Source: Deltaproteobacteria bacterium | GTDB taxonomy: Bacteria; Desulfobacterota; BSN033; UBA1163 | NCBI GenBank assembly: GCA_018333535.1 | Contig: JAGXTA010000003.1 | Location: 19,989 to 83,988 of the forward strand | Direction of reading: 5' to 3' | Length of the DNA stretch: 64,000 bases | The notes under the pieces: model-generated | Told to the model about the DNA's origin: nothing | The model's input: only the letters and a program-made list of their open reading frames with translations | Databases searched by the model: none | Part shown: piece after piece, positions 29,031-38,659 of the stretch | How positions within the stretch are numbered: the stretch's first letter is position 1 | Layout of the letters: each line of letters begins with the position of its first letter | Translations under genes and position numbers: made by a program

Positions 29031-30406
29031 CGTCTCAAGCTTCTATTTTGGTAGTCGATGACGAACCCAATTCCCTTTTCGGGATCTGTGAGGTTCTCAC
29101 CGATGAGGGCTTTAATGTCCTTCCAGCCGGAAACGGAAAGGAGGCATTGGAGTTGCTCCATGCGAATCCCATCAATGTGATCGTGACCGACGAGAAAATG
29201 CCTGACCTGAGCGGCATGGAGCTCCTCGCCGAGATAAAGAAGAACTACCCGAATATCCCGGTGATCCTCATCACGGCCTACGGGTCCGTTTCAATGGCGG
29301 TTGAGAGCCTCAAACGGGGGGCATTCTATTTCTTTGAAAAACCGATTTTTAATAACTTGGAGAGATTTGTCACCATCATCCGGAAAGCCATCAAAACTCA
29401 GGAGATGGAGAAAGAAATCGACTCTCTAAGGAGGGAGGTCACTGAAAAATATTCTTTCCCCAACATCATCGGGAATCACCCCAAAATGGTTGAGGTGTTT
29501 GAGACGATTGGAAAAGTATCCAAGACCGATGCGACCATTCTCATCCAGGGGGAAAGCGGGACGGGGAAAGACCTCATTGCAAAAGCGATCCATTACAATA
29601 GTTCGAGGCGGGAAAAACCGTTGGTGACCGTCAATTGTGGAGCGCTCACGGAAAGCCTTCTCACGACGGAATTATTCGGTCACAAAAGGGGTGCGTTTAC
29701 GGGTGCGGTTAAGGACACGATCGGACGCTTTCAGGCCGCGCACGAAGGGACCTTGATCTTGGATGAAATCAGCGAAATTGTGGTCAATCTTCAAAAAACC
29801 CTTTTAAGGGTGATCGAAGAAAAGGAGTTTGAAAGGGTGGGAGATTCGAGGTCGACCAAGGTCGATGTGCGAATCATCTCGACGACCAATCGGAACCTTA
29901 GGGAAGAGGTGGTCAAAGGAAATTTCAGGGAAGACCTTTATTACCGGTTGGGGATCGTTCCAATAACGCTCCCCCCCTTGAGGGAGCGCCTCTCTGACCT
30001 CCCCTTGCTGGTCAAGCACTTTATTAAGAAGTTCCAGGAAAACAACGTTCCGATAAAAATTGAACCGGAGGCGATCGAACGTCTCAAGACTTTTCCCTGG
30101 TCTGGAAATGTGAGGGAATTGGCCAATGTGATTCAGCAGATGGCGGTTTTCTGCAGAGATCATACCATCAGGGTCGAAGACCTTCCCTACCAACAACTCC
30201 TCAAGGCAGATGAGGTCCGTGTTGAAAACAAAGGGAAGGTGCACTTAATGCGGGCCATTGAACATCTTGAGAAAAAAACAATTCTTGCCAAATTAAAGGA
30301 GACCAACTGGAATCAAGGGAAGACAGCTCAACTGCTTGGAATAACAAGGAAAATGCTGGCGAATCGAATAAATAAATATCACCTCAAGCCATTGAGAAAG
30401 AGGTGA
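29027..30406 (+). CDS. NtrC-family sigma54-dependent response regulator
   Basis: REC, GESGTGKD, GAFTGA, ILDEI and Fis HTH. Confidence 0.95.
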   Translation: MTSQASILVVDDEPNSLFGICEVLTDEGFNVLPAGNGKEALELLHANPINVIVTDEKMPDLSGMELLAEIKKNYPNIPVILITAYGSVSMAVESLKRGAFYFFEKPIFNNLERFVTIIRKAIKTQEMEKEIDSLRREVTEKYSFPNIIGNHPKMVEVFETIGKVSKTDATILIQGESGTGKDLIAKAIHYNSSRREKPLVTVNCGALTESLLTTELFGHKRGAFTGAVKDTIGRFQAAHEGTLILDEISEIVVNLQKTLLRVIEEKEFERVGDSRSTKVDVRIISTTNRNLREEVVKGNFREDLYYRLGIVPITLPPLRERLSDLPLLVKHFIKKFQENNVPIKIEPEAIERLKTFPWSGNVRELANVIQQMAVFCRDHTIRVEDLPYQQLLKADEVRVENKGKVHLMRAIEHLEKKTILAKLKETNWNQGKTAQLLGITRKMLANRINKYHLKPLRKR

Positions 30407-30459
30407 TCTTTATGTTTGGGTAATAGTCAATGGGTTAAGATTACGGTCACGAACCCCTT

Positions 30460-30564
30460 GACATACAATGAACGATGGACAACAAACATCCGTAATAATG
30501 GAATGTTGGGTAATACTAAAAGATAACTTCTCCTAACCCATTATTCCACTATTCCATCATTCCA
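30460..30564. repeat. Partial ACAATGA/ACGATGG copy 3 plus octamer (ATTCCA-core) inverted array
   Basis: 23-nt identity to 15222; ataatggaatgttggg ... cccattattccactattccatcattcca. Confidence 0.6.
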
Positions 30565-30580
30565 CTTAAGGATATAACCT

Positions 30581-31435
30581 ATGGACTCACACTGGATTCT
30601 TCTGATCGATCCCTTCAAAAACCTCCTGAATGCCTACCGGATGATTTTGGAGGAGGAGAATTACTGTATTGATACAGCCCTCAATACGAAAGATGCCCAT
30701 TCTCTTTTTGATAAAAGGCCATACTCGGCTATCCTGATGGAATATATCCCTCCCCTTGAGCATTTGCAGGGACTGATCCGGGGGATGAAAGAAAAATCTC
30801 CAGAAATCTATATCCTGTTGGTGACGAATGCGGCGGTGGACGAAACCACCTATGAGAAACTTTTTGAGATAGGGGTCGATGACTTTATTCTGAAACCCTA
30901 TTCACCACAAAAAATTATTGCCCATATTAAGAAGGGGTTGAGACAACGGGAGGTGACCTCAAAAGTGCGAGGTTTGGAAAGATTGAATCTCCTCGACCCC
31001 ATCTCAGGCGAGATGGAGGGAGTGGTTTTTAACAAAATCTTTTTGAACCGCTGTCTGAGACAGGAGATCAAGAAAGCGAGAAGGCACAGTCGTTTTTTCA
31101 CGATTCTTCTCGTCGGGATCCCGACGGAAGACAGGGCAGGGGAACGATATGTCCATTTCCATGGGGAACTCTTGAAGATGATCAGAAGCTTCATCAGAGA
31201 AGAAGACGTCGTGGCAAGGAATAACGGGGAGATCGCCCTCCTCCTTCCCGAAACAGACCAGATGGGTTCAAAAGCTCTTGGAGGGAGGCTTTCCCATTTA
31301 ATCCGAAATCATCCCCCATTTCAACATGACGATCTCTTCCAGGCAATGGCTCAAATACTATCTTTTCAATACTTTACCTATCCTAATCCTTTTGATCTAC
31401 CCGAACCTCTCGCAGCCGCGGTTAAAGATCTGTAG
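30581..31435 (+). CDS. Atypical receiver + degenerate GGDEF protein
   Basis: Phospho-Asp position reads ILMEY; REED I-site; GGDEF position reads NNGEI, followed by LLLPET. Confidence 0.75.
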   Translation: MDSHWILLIDPFKNLLNAYRMILEEENYCIDTALNTKDAHSLFDKRPYSAILMEYIPPLEHLQGLIRGMKEKSPEIYILLVTNAAVDETTYEKLFEIGVDDFILKPYSPQKIIAHIKKGLRQREVTSKVRGLERLNLLDPISGEMEGVVFNKIFLNRCLRQEIKKARRHSRFFTILLVGIPTEDRAGERYVHFHGELLKMIRSFIREEDVVARNNGEIALLLPETDQMGSKALGGRLSHLIRNHPPFQHDDLFQAMAQILSFQYFTYPNPFDLPEPLAAAVKDL

Positions 31436-31647
31436 AAGGAATATCCCCATCATTAGTTTGCCTTTTTATTCCAGAGCCGAAACTCCTCGAAATGATTTAA
31501 ATTAATTCTCTCCCATGTGCCATTTGGCTCACTAAATGTGCCCAATGGTTGATCTGAACAATGATCGAAATATTTCTCAAAAACTTTCTCTCATCAATCA
31601 TCAATCAAATCGATAGATTGCAAAGTTTTTAGGAAAAACCAATAGAT

Positions 31648-31662
31648 TGGTATTGTTATTGC
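31648..31662 (+). promoter_or_regulatory. Sigma54 promoter
   Basis: TGGTATTGTTATTGC (GG-N10-GC) upstream of the receiver/activator/EPS run. Confidence 0.6.
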
Positions 31663-31776
31663 TATATAATACGAAACTAAGGTCAATTGGTTAAGGTTAC
31701 GCTTAAATGATTAAAAGACTATCTTTTTATTAACGATATAGGCCTCGTAACCGCTAAACTTAACCTTTTTCTACCC

Positions 31777-32214
31777 ATGTCAAAAGAAACTATTCTCATC
31801 CTCAATAAAGAATGTAGGGATTCCTCTCACCTAAAAACCTTTTTAGAAAAAGAGAAATATATTGTGCTCCCGGTCAATACCATTAATAGGCTATTAACCA
31901 ATTTTCAAGAATTCGAAGTTTCAGGGGTCATTATTGATCTTAATGTGGATCATTTTTACCTTTTTGAAATCATTAAAAAAATAAGGGAAAGGTTTCCCAA
32001 ACTCTATATCATGATGATGGCGGATGGGAAGATTGGTGAAAAGGAGCATCAGCAGGTGATCGAGACAGGGGTTCAAGATTTCTTTGTCAAGCCGATGTCT
32101 TACGAAAAAATCCTTTTTCACCTTAAAAGCGGATTGAAACAACGCAAGAAATATCTTCAAAAAAGAGCGGAAAACTATTCCAATCAGATAGTTCGAAAAA
32201 TGATTTCGGAGTGA
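31777..32214 (+). CDS. Single-domain atypical response regulator
   Basis: VIIDL and FVKP are present; the N-terminal acidic pair is missing (ILILNKE). Confidence 0.75.
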   Translation: MSKETILILNKECRDSSHLKTFLEKEKYIVLPVNTINRLLTNFQEFEVSGVIIDLNVDHFYLFEIIKKIRERFPKLYIMMMADGKIGEKEHQQVIETGVQDFFVKPMSYEKILFHLKSGLKQRKKYLQKRAENYSNQIVRKMISE

Positions 32215-32218
32215 AAAA

Positions 32219-33880
32219 ATGAAACTCGATACCTTATCAAAAAGATTTGAAAACGCTTCAGAAATTCCTTTTTGGGTCGGAAAAGAGAATAGGACCTTCG
32301 GCCTCTTCCAGAAAATTCAGGGAGCGATGCGTCATGTGCCTGATTTTGGCGAAACCTGCAGGGCCATTTTGGACGTGGTGATTGAAGAGACCGATGCCGA
32401 AAACTGCTCGCTGATGTTGAAAGACCCCGTTTCCGGATATCTCGTGGTTCGTTCAGCCCGAGGGAAGGGTGAAAAAAAGAGTGTTTTTTACCCCGAACAG
32501 CCTGAAAATGGAGAAAGATTTAAATCTGGAGATGGCATTGCGGGGAAAGTTCTCAAAGAAGGACAGGCCATCATGCTGAATGATGTGAAAAAAGAGCCTC
32601 ATTTCTTAAAGGCAGATGGCTTAAGCGAAAAAGTAAATTCCCTGATCTGTTTCCCCATCCGGGAAGAGGATCAAGTCGTGGGAGTATTTAATATCAGTCA
32701 TTCCCAAAAAGGAGCCTTCGATGAAGGAGACAAGTGGGTGCTGTCCTATATCTCCAACCAGGTCGGAATGGCTCTCACCTCCTCTCGGTTCTTTTTAGAG
32801 ATAAATGAAATACACCGTTTAATGAAGCGTTCCGAAAAGGTTCCTTCTGTCGCTCTCCCTGCTTTTGTGGAAGTCGGCGAAATGACTCGTGAGAATGGGA
32901 TTTTTATCTATGCAAGCGAAAAAATGCATCGAATTAAAGAGCTGATTGATCAGGTCGCCGATACAGATGTAACGATCCTGATTCAGGGGGAAAGCGGCGT
33001 TGGAAAAGAGGTGGTTGCCCGCTCGATCCATCTCAATTCGTTTCGGAAAGAAAAACCCTTTGTCAAAGTCAATTGCGCGGCCCTCCCGCAAGAACTTCTG
33101 GAGAGTGAACTCTTTGGCTATGAGAAGGGTGCGTTTACAGGGGCTTACCGGCAGAAACCGGGGAAATTTGAACTCGCCCACACTGGGACGATCTTTTTAG
33201 ATGAAATTTCAGAGATGAGCCCCTCTCTCCAGGGCAAGCTTTTACAAGTGCTTCAGGACAGAGAATTTTCGAGATTAGGAGGGAAGAAAGACATATGGGT
33301 GGATGTTAGGGTATTGGCCGCTACCAATAAAAATATTGAAGAAATGGTGAACCATCAACGATTTCGCGAAGATCTCTATTATCGTCTCAATGTTGTCAAC
33401 ATTACCCTTCCTCCCCTGAGAGAGAGGAAGGAGGAGATTCCTGTTTTTATCGAATATTTTCTAGATAAATTCAGCAAAAAATACCAGAAAAAGGTAAACC
33501 CCATTTCGAGCAAGATCATGAAGATTTTTAAACAACATCATTGGCTGGGAAATGTTCGAGAACTGGAGAATGTCATTCAACGTTACGTGATTCTTGAAAA
33601 CGAAAAGATGATTATGGATGAACTAACCCATGGGATCATTGAGAATGCGGCCATCGAAAGAGAAAAATCCGTCGCCCATACCCAGGCCTGGCCTTCGTTA
33701 AAAGAGGTCTATCGGGAAGCCACGATCAAAGCCGAATCCGCAACGATTCTCAAGACATTGCAGATAACGAACTGGAATAGAAAAAGGGCAGCCCAACTTC
33801 TCAATATTAGCTATAAAGCCCTCCTTTATAAAATTAAAGATGGCGGTCTTGACAAACTCATTCTCCCTATGACGGCTTAA
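32219..33880 (+). CDS. GAF-domain sigma54 enhancer-binding protein
   Basis: GAF (GDGIAGKV..SLICFPI), GESGVGKE, GAFTGA, FLDEI and HTH. Confidence 0.93.
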   Translation: MKLDTLSKRFENASEIPFWVGKENRTFGLFQKIQGAMRHVPDFGETCRAILDVVIEETDAENCSLMLKDPVSGYLVVRSARGKGEKKSVFYPEQPENGERFKSGDGIAGKVLKEGQAIMLNDVKKEPHFLKADGLSEKVNSLICFPIREEDQVVGVFNISHSQKGAFDEGDKWVLSYISNQVGMALTSSRFFLEINEIHRLMKRSEKVPSVALPAFVEVGEMTRENGIFIYASEKMHRIKELIDQVADTDVTILIQGESGVGKEVVARSIHLNSFRKEKPFVKVNCAALPQELLESELFGYEKGAFTGAYRQKPGKFELAHTGTIFLDEISEMSPSLQGKLLQVLQDREFSRLGGKKDIWVDVRVLAATNKNIEEMVNHQRFREDLYYRLNVVNITLPPLRERKEEIPVFIEYFLDKFSKKYQKKVNPISSKIMKIFKQHHWLGNVRELENVIQRYVILENEKMIMDELTHGIIENAAIEREKSVAHTQAWPSLKEVYREATIKAESATILKTLQITNWNRKRAAQLLNISYKALLYKIKDGGLDKLILPMTA

Positions 33881-33909
33881 TTTCCATATCATATTTCAGT
33901 TCAATTGTT

Positions 33910-34965
33910 ATGAATAACATTTCTAAAATCATTTTTTCTGACTGTTTAAAGATGGAAAAAGTCAAAACCATTATCGATCAAATCGCGCAGACCGATATCA
34001 CGGTTTTAATAAAAGGCGAAAGCGGAACGGGGAAGGAATTAATAGCCAAGACAATTCACGATATTTCTCCGAGGGCAAAAAACCATTTTGTAAAACTGAA
34101 TTGCGCTGCCATTCCTAAAAGCCTTATTGAAAGCGAGCTTTTTGGGTTTGAAAAGGGGGCCTTTACAGGGGCCCACCTCAAGAAGCCGGGGAAGTTCGAA
34201 TTAGCCGATGGTGGAACAATAGTGCTAAATGACATCGGTGAAATAGATATTTCCATTCAGGGCAAACTTCTACAAGTCCTCCAGGATGGAAAATTTTCTC
34301 GATTGGGAGGAGATGAGGATGTCCTGATCGATGCCCGGATCATCGTCACCACTAAAAATCATTTGGAAAGGTCTATGATGGAAGGGCTTTTTCGTGAGGA
34401 CCTCTTCTACCGGATCAATATCATCAGCATCACGATTCCTCCGTTAAGAGAACGGAAGGAGCAAATCCTTCCACTTACCCACTATTTTTTAAATTTTTTT
34501 AAAGAGAAATATAGACGGGAGGTCCACCCCTTCTCGCCGAAAGCCACCAAGATATTCAAAGAATACCATTGGCCGGGAAACATCCGGGAATTAGAGAATA
34601 TCGTCAAGCGGAGGGTCGTCACATCGGATGAAGAGGCGGTCATTCAAATGCTTCTCGGAAAAAAGGAAAATGGCGGGATCGGAGTCGAATCCTTAGGGTC
34701 CTACGGCATCCGAGAACCGCTCCTCAATTTGAAGGAAGTGGGAAGAAAAGCGGGTGAAGAAGCGGAGAAAGATCTCATTCACGCCACCCTCCATGAAACC
34801 CATTGGAATCGAAAGGAGGCGGCCAAATTGCTCTGTATCAGTTACAGGGCGTTGCTCTATAAAATTGAGAAATACCATTTGAATACAGGGAGGGAGTATC
34901 AGGTAAAGGGAGAGATGGTCGGTTCAATCGTTAGACCCATTTCAAACAAGACTGGAGGGATGTGA
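33910..34965 (+). CDS. Sensor-less sigma54 enhancer-binding protein with altered Walker B
   Basis: GESGTGKE, GAFTGA and HTH are present. Walker B reads IVLNDI and sensor I reads IVTTK. Confidence 0.9.
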   Translation: MNNISKIIFSDCLKMEKVKTIIDQIAQTDITVLIKGESGTGKELIAKTIHDISPRAKNHFVKLNCAAIPKSLIESELFGFEKGAFTGAHLKKPGKFELADGGTIVLNDIGEIDISIQGKLLQVLQDGKFSRLGGDEDVLIDARIIVTTKNHLERSMMEGLFREDLFYRINIISITIPPLRERKEQILPLTHYFLNFFKEKYRREVHPFSPKATKIFKEYHWPGNIRELENIVKRRVVTSDEEAVIQMLLGKKENGGIGVESLGSYGIREPLLNLKEVGRKAGEEAEKDLIHATLHETHWNRKEAAKLLCISYRALLYKIEKYHLNTGREYQVKGEMVGSIVRPISNKTGGM

Positions 34966-35009
34966 TGGCGGGTGACAGGGGGGCAAAATCTAAAGGGAGG
35001 GGTTGGAAA

Positions 35010-35636
35010 ATGAAAAAATTAATGTCCTTTGGAATCATTGGGATAGGAATCCTTTTGATCGGTCATTCCTTGGCTTTCTCTCAAACAGAGAAAGCGGAGA
35101 AAGAGACCCTTTTAAAAAAGCAGGCTCAAGCCGAGGTGGTTGCCGATAGCGAAAACTATATCATTGGGTCTGAGGATATTCTTTATATCCACATTTGGAA
35201 GGAAGAGCATCTGTCAAGAACCGTTCCGGTAAGGCGGGACGGCATTATTTCTTTGCCCCTGGTGGACGAAATTAAAGCCGAAGGCCTGACTCCTCTTCAA
35301 TTGAAAGAGATATTGGCCCAGCGATTTAAAGAATTTATAGGGGATCCGAATATCACGGTGATGGTGATGGAGGCCAATAGTTTCAAGGTCTATCTCTCTG
35401 GCCAGATAAGAAATCCCGGGGTATATCGGTTGCGAAGTGAAACGTCTCTCCTTCAGATCATTTCCATGGCAGGAGGATTTACGGATTGGGCCAATCAAAA
35501 GAAAATTTTGATCATCCGGAAAGAAGGCGGGAAAGAAAAACGAATCACCGTCAATTATAAAAAGATTGTCAAAGGGGAGGATCCGGGTTCAAACATCATC
35601 CTCAAGGCGGGCGACACCATCATCGTGCCGGATTAA
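35010..35636 (+). CDS. Polysaccharide export protein (Wza/SLBB)
   Basis: YIIGSED..VRRDGIISLPLV..AGGFT..GDTIIVP. Confidence 0.92.
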   Translation: MKKLMSFGIIGIGILLIGHSLAFSQTEKAEKETLLKKQAQAEVVADSENYIIGSEDILYIHIWKEEHLSRTVPVRRDGIISLPLVDEIKAEGLTPLQLKEILAQRFKEFIGDPNITVMVMEANSFKVYLSGQIRNPGVYRLRSETSLLQIISMAGGFTDWANQKKILIIRKEGGKEKRITVNYKKIVKGEDPGSNIILKAGDTIIVPD

Positions 35637-35695
35637 GAAGTCTGATATCGAGTGATAGCCGTAATGATAAAAGGCTGATAGGAGGGATAAATAAA

Positions 35696-37030
35696 ATGGA
35701 TAAAATGAAGTGGTTGATCTGTACTCTGTTTCTTTTGGTGATTTTCCCTGCAGGGGCCGATGCGGAGTCAAAGGATATTCTCCTCCATTTCCAACCCTAT
35801 ATCACCCTCCAGGAAGAATACAACAGCAATATCGACCTGACCCCGAACCGGGGCAAACGGGACGACTACATCACCACGATTACTCCGGGTCTGAAATTTT
35901 CCACTGCGACCAGATCCCCGGTGACGGGAGAATTCCGACCCACCCCCACGGCCGAAGAGAGGTATGGGGTGGATTTGGACGTTCGGGCGGGGTTCAACTT
36001 TTATGCGAAAGAGGAGGATTATAACTATACCAGCCTTCATGGAACACTCAACGCCTGGTATGCCGCCACTCCAAGGCTGATCTTTCGGGTCAGGGATTAT
36101 GTCCTCCGATCGGATGAGATCAGAGAGGCAGAATATGCTTCCCCCATCGAGGGCGGATATCTTCTCTCAAGGACACGGAAGAGGACGCCCTATGTCCGGA
36201 ATGTTTTTGAGCCCTCGGTCCAGTATCAGTTCGGCAGGGAAAACGTGATTTCCCTGAATTACCGTAATAACCTCTACGAGATTCAAGGGCGGACGAATGA
36301 AGATAGTATCGAGAATTTCATCAACCCCAGAATCACGTATTGGTTCGACATCCGAAATGGAGTGTCCTTCGAATATGGCCTCACGCTTGGACATTTTGAG
36401 AGATCCCCGGATTTAACCGGTCATATGGCGATGGGACGATACACCCATCGCTTCAATCCGAAAACCTCCCTCTTCGGAGAATATACTCAACTCTGGAGGA
36501 ATTTCGATTCCCCCTCGGTTGATTATGCGGTCTATCGACCGAGCCTCGGACTGGAACATGCCTTCAATCCAACACTAAGCGGAAGGATCCAGGGGGGGTA
36601 CTACTGGAAAAATCCTGCGCGTGGGGCAACCCGGGGCGGCCCTTTTTATGACGTTCTCGTCACGCAGCGGGCCCAAAAAACAACCTATGCCCTCTCTTTG
36701 CAAGGCGGATACACGGAGGACTACTTCTCTGCTGAAAACAAAGGCTTCACTCAATACCACCGGGTCCTGGGAAGGGTGAACTATCAGCTTCTTAAAAAGA
36801 TGAATCTTGGACTTTTTAACAGTTATGAATGGGCCAAGCTTCCTGGAGATGTTATCGGAGGGAGAAAAGAGACCCATCACATATGGGGGATCGGAGGAAA
36901 TGGTTCCTACCGGCTTTTCCATTGGTTAACGTTGGCCCTCGAGGCTTCTCATCGTGAAAACCATTCCAACCTTGACGGAAATGACTATAGCGAGTATCGA
37001 GGAGTGCTTAGGGTGACAGCAACCTATTAA
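35696..37030 (+). CDS. EPS-associated outer-membrane beta-barrel
   Basis: Signal peptide, EEYNSNI, alternating beta strands, terminal Y; operon context. Confidence 0.8.
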   Translation: MDKMKWLICTLFLLVIFPAGADAESKDILLHFQPYITLQEEYNSNIDLTPNRGKRDDYITTITPGLKFSTATRSPVTGEFRPTPTAEERYGVDLDVRAGFNFYAKEEDYNYTSLHGTLNAWYAATPRLIFRVRDYVLRSDEIREAEYASPIEGGYLLSRTRKRTPYVRNVFEPSVQYQFGRENVISLNYRNNLYEIQGRTNEDSIENFINPRITYWFDIRNGVSFEYGLTLGHFERSPDLTGHMAMGRYTHRFNPKTSLFGEYTQLWRNFDSPSVDYAVYRPSLGLEHAFNPTLSGRIQGGYYWKNPARGATRGGPFYDVLVTQRAQKTTYALSLQGGYTEDYFSAENKGFTQYHRVLGRVNYQLLKKMNLGLFNSYEWAKLPGDVIGGRKETHHIWGIGGNGSYRLFHWLTLALEASHRENHSNLDGNDYSEYRGVLRVTATY

Positions 37031-37097
37031 TTTTTAAATTGGGGTTAACCCTTGAACCCTGGACCTCTTGAATCCAGAGGGACATTGGAGGAGTAAA

Positions 37098-38654
37098 ATG
37101 ATCAATCCTGAGAAATCATTCGATATCCATGACTATATTGAAATCTTTTGGAGACGAATCTGGTATATTGCCATCCCTTTTGTCCTGATTCTGTCCGGAG
37201 CCGTCCTTTATGCAGTTACCTCTCCCAAGGAATATCGCTCCGCCACGCTGATCCTGGTCACCCCTCAGAAAGTTCCGGAGAGCTTCATTCGACCCACCGT
37301 GACCTCAAAGATTGAAGACCGCCTCCAGTCCATCGGCCAGGAGATTATGAGCCGGACCCGTTTGGAACGGTTGATCTCCGAATTAAAACTCTATCCCGAG
37401 GAGGCCAAGTCAAAAAGCAAGGAAGAGGTTTATGAATTGATGCGCAAAAACATCCGTGTGGAGATAAAAGGAAAAGAAGGTTACTTCACGATCTCCTATA
37501 TTGGAAAGGACCCCAGGGTGGTAACGACCGTTACGAACAAGTTGGCCTCTCTTTTTATTGAAGAGAATCTTAAATTAAGGGAGCAACAGGCCCAGGGAAC
37601 CTCAGAGTTCGTTATGATTGAGTTGAATGCGACAAGGGTTAAACTGGAAGAACAGGAGAAGACCGTCACGCATTTCAAAAGACAGTTTATGGGTGAACTT
37701 CCGGAACAGCGGGAGGCCAACCTTAAAGTCCTCGAACAACTCCAGTTGCAGAGTCAGAGGATCGGTGAAAATATCAGGGCGGCCCATGATCGAAAACTGA
37801 TCATCCAGAAGCAACTTGCCGACACCGAACTTCTCATCGCCTCGAGCATTAAAAAAGAGGAGGGTTTCCTTTCTTCCTCATCACCTATTCAAACCGAAAA
37901 GGTCTCGAGATCCGTTGTCAGGGACCCGCTGGAAGTTCAATTGGAACAGATGAAGTACTACCTGATCGATCTTCAATCCAAATACACGGAGAAACATCCT
38001 GACATTATGATCGCTAAGAAGAGGATCTCGGAACTCGAAGCGAGGATCGAGAGGGAAAGGTCAGAAAAGGGGGCCGCGGAGAAGAAGGAGTCTGAATCAA
38101 ACATTGTGACCACGCCATTGTCTCCGCCCAAAATCGTTACCAAGAAGGAGGAGAAGGAGGCCGTTAAACTGAACCCGCGTTATAAAGAGATGGAGAATCA
38201 ACTCATTGCCACTGAGCTGGAGATCAACAGGCTGAAGGAAGATGAGGAGAAGATGAAAGCCCAGATCACGAAATATCGGGAGAGAATCGAAAACACGCCC
38301 ATGCGGGAACTGGCCATGACTAACCTGAACAGGGATTATCAAAACACGAAAGATCTCTATCAAACCCTCTTAAGGAAGAGTGAGGAGGCACAGCAGGCGG
38401 AGAATCTGGAGCGCCGGCAGAAAGGGGAGCAATTTAAAATCATCGATCCAGGGAGAATTCCTGAGAAACCCTTTCGGCCTGATATCCCCAAAATTCTCCT
38501 TTTCGGGGTTTTAATAGGTTTGGGTTCAGGTTTTGGACTGGCCTTCTTTAGGGAGCAGATGGATCGTTCATTCAGGGATGCTGAAGATCTGGAAGCCACC
38601 TTGGGGTTTAAGGTGCTGGCGAACATCCCAACCATTCAAAAGGAGGCGGCTTAA
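37098..38654 (+). CDS. Polysaccharide chain-length determinant (GumC/Wzz, PEP-CTERM-locus type)
   Basis: TM-coiled coil-TM layout; YTEKHPD and FKIIDP..P..P motifs. Confidence 0.9.
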   Translation: MINPEKSFDIHDYIEIFWRRIWYIAIPFVLILSGAVLYAVTSPKEYRSATLILVTPQKVPESFIRPTVTSKIEDRLQSIGQEIMSRTRLERLISELKLYPEEAKSKSKEEVYELMRKNIRVEIKGKEGYFTISYIGKDPRVVTTVTNKLASLFIEENLKLREQQAQGTSEFVMIELNATRVKLEEQEKTVTHFKRQFMGELPEQREANLKVLEQLQLQSQRIGENIRAAHDRKLIIQKQLADTELLIASSIKKEEGFLSSSSPIQTEKVSRSVVRDPLEVQLEQMKYYLIDLQSKYTEKHPDIMIAKKRISELEARIERERSEKGAAEKKESESNIVTTPLSPPKIVTKKEEKEAVKLNPRYKEMENQLIATELEINRLKEDEEKMKAQITKYRERIENTPMRELAMTNLNRDYQNTKDLYQTLLRKSEEAQQAENLERRQKGEQFKIIDPGRIPEKPFRPDIPKILLFGVLIGLGSGFGLAFFREQMDRSFRDAEDLEATLGFKVLANIPTIQKEAA

Positions 38655-38659
38655 CGGAG

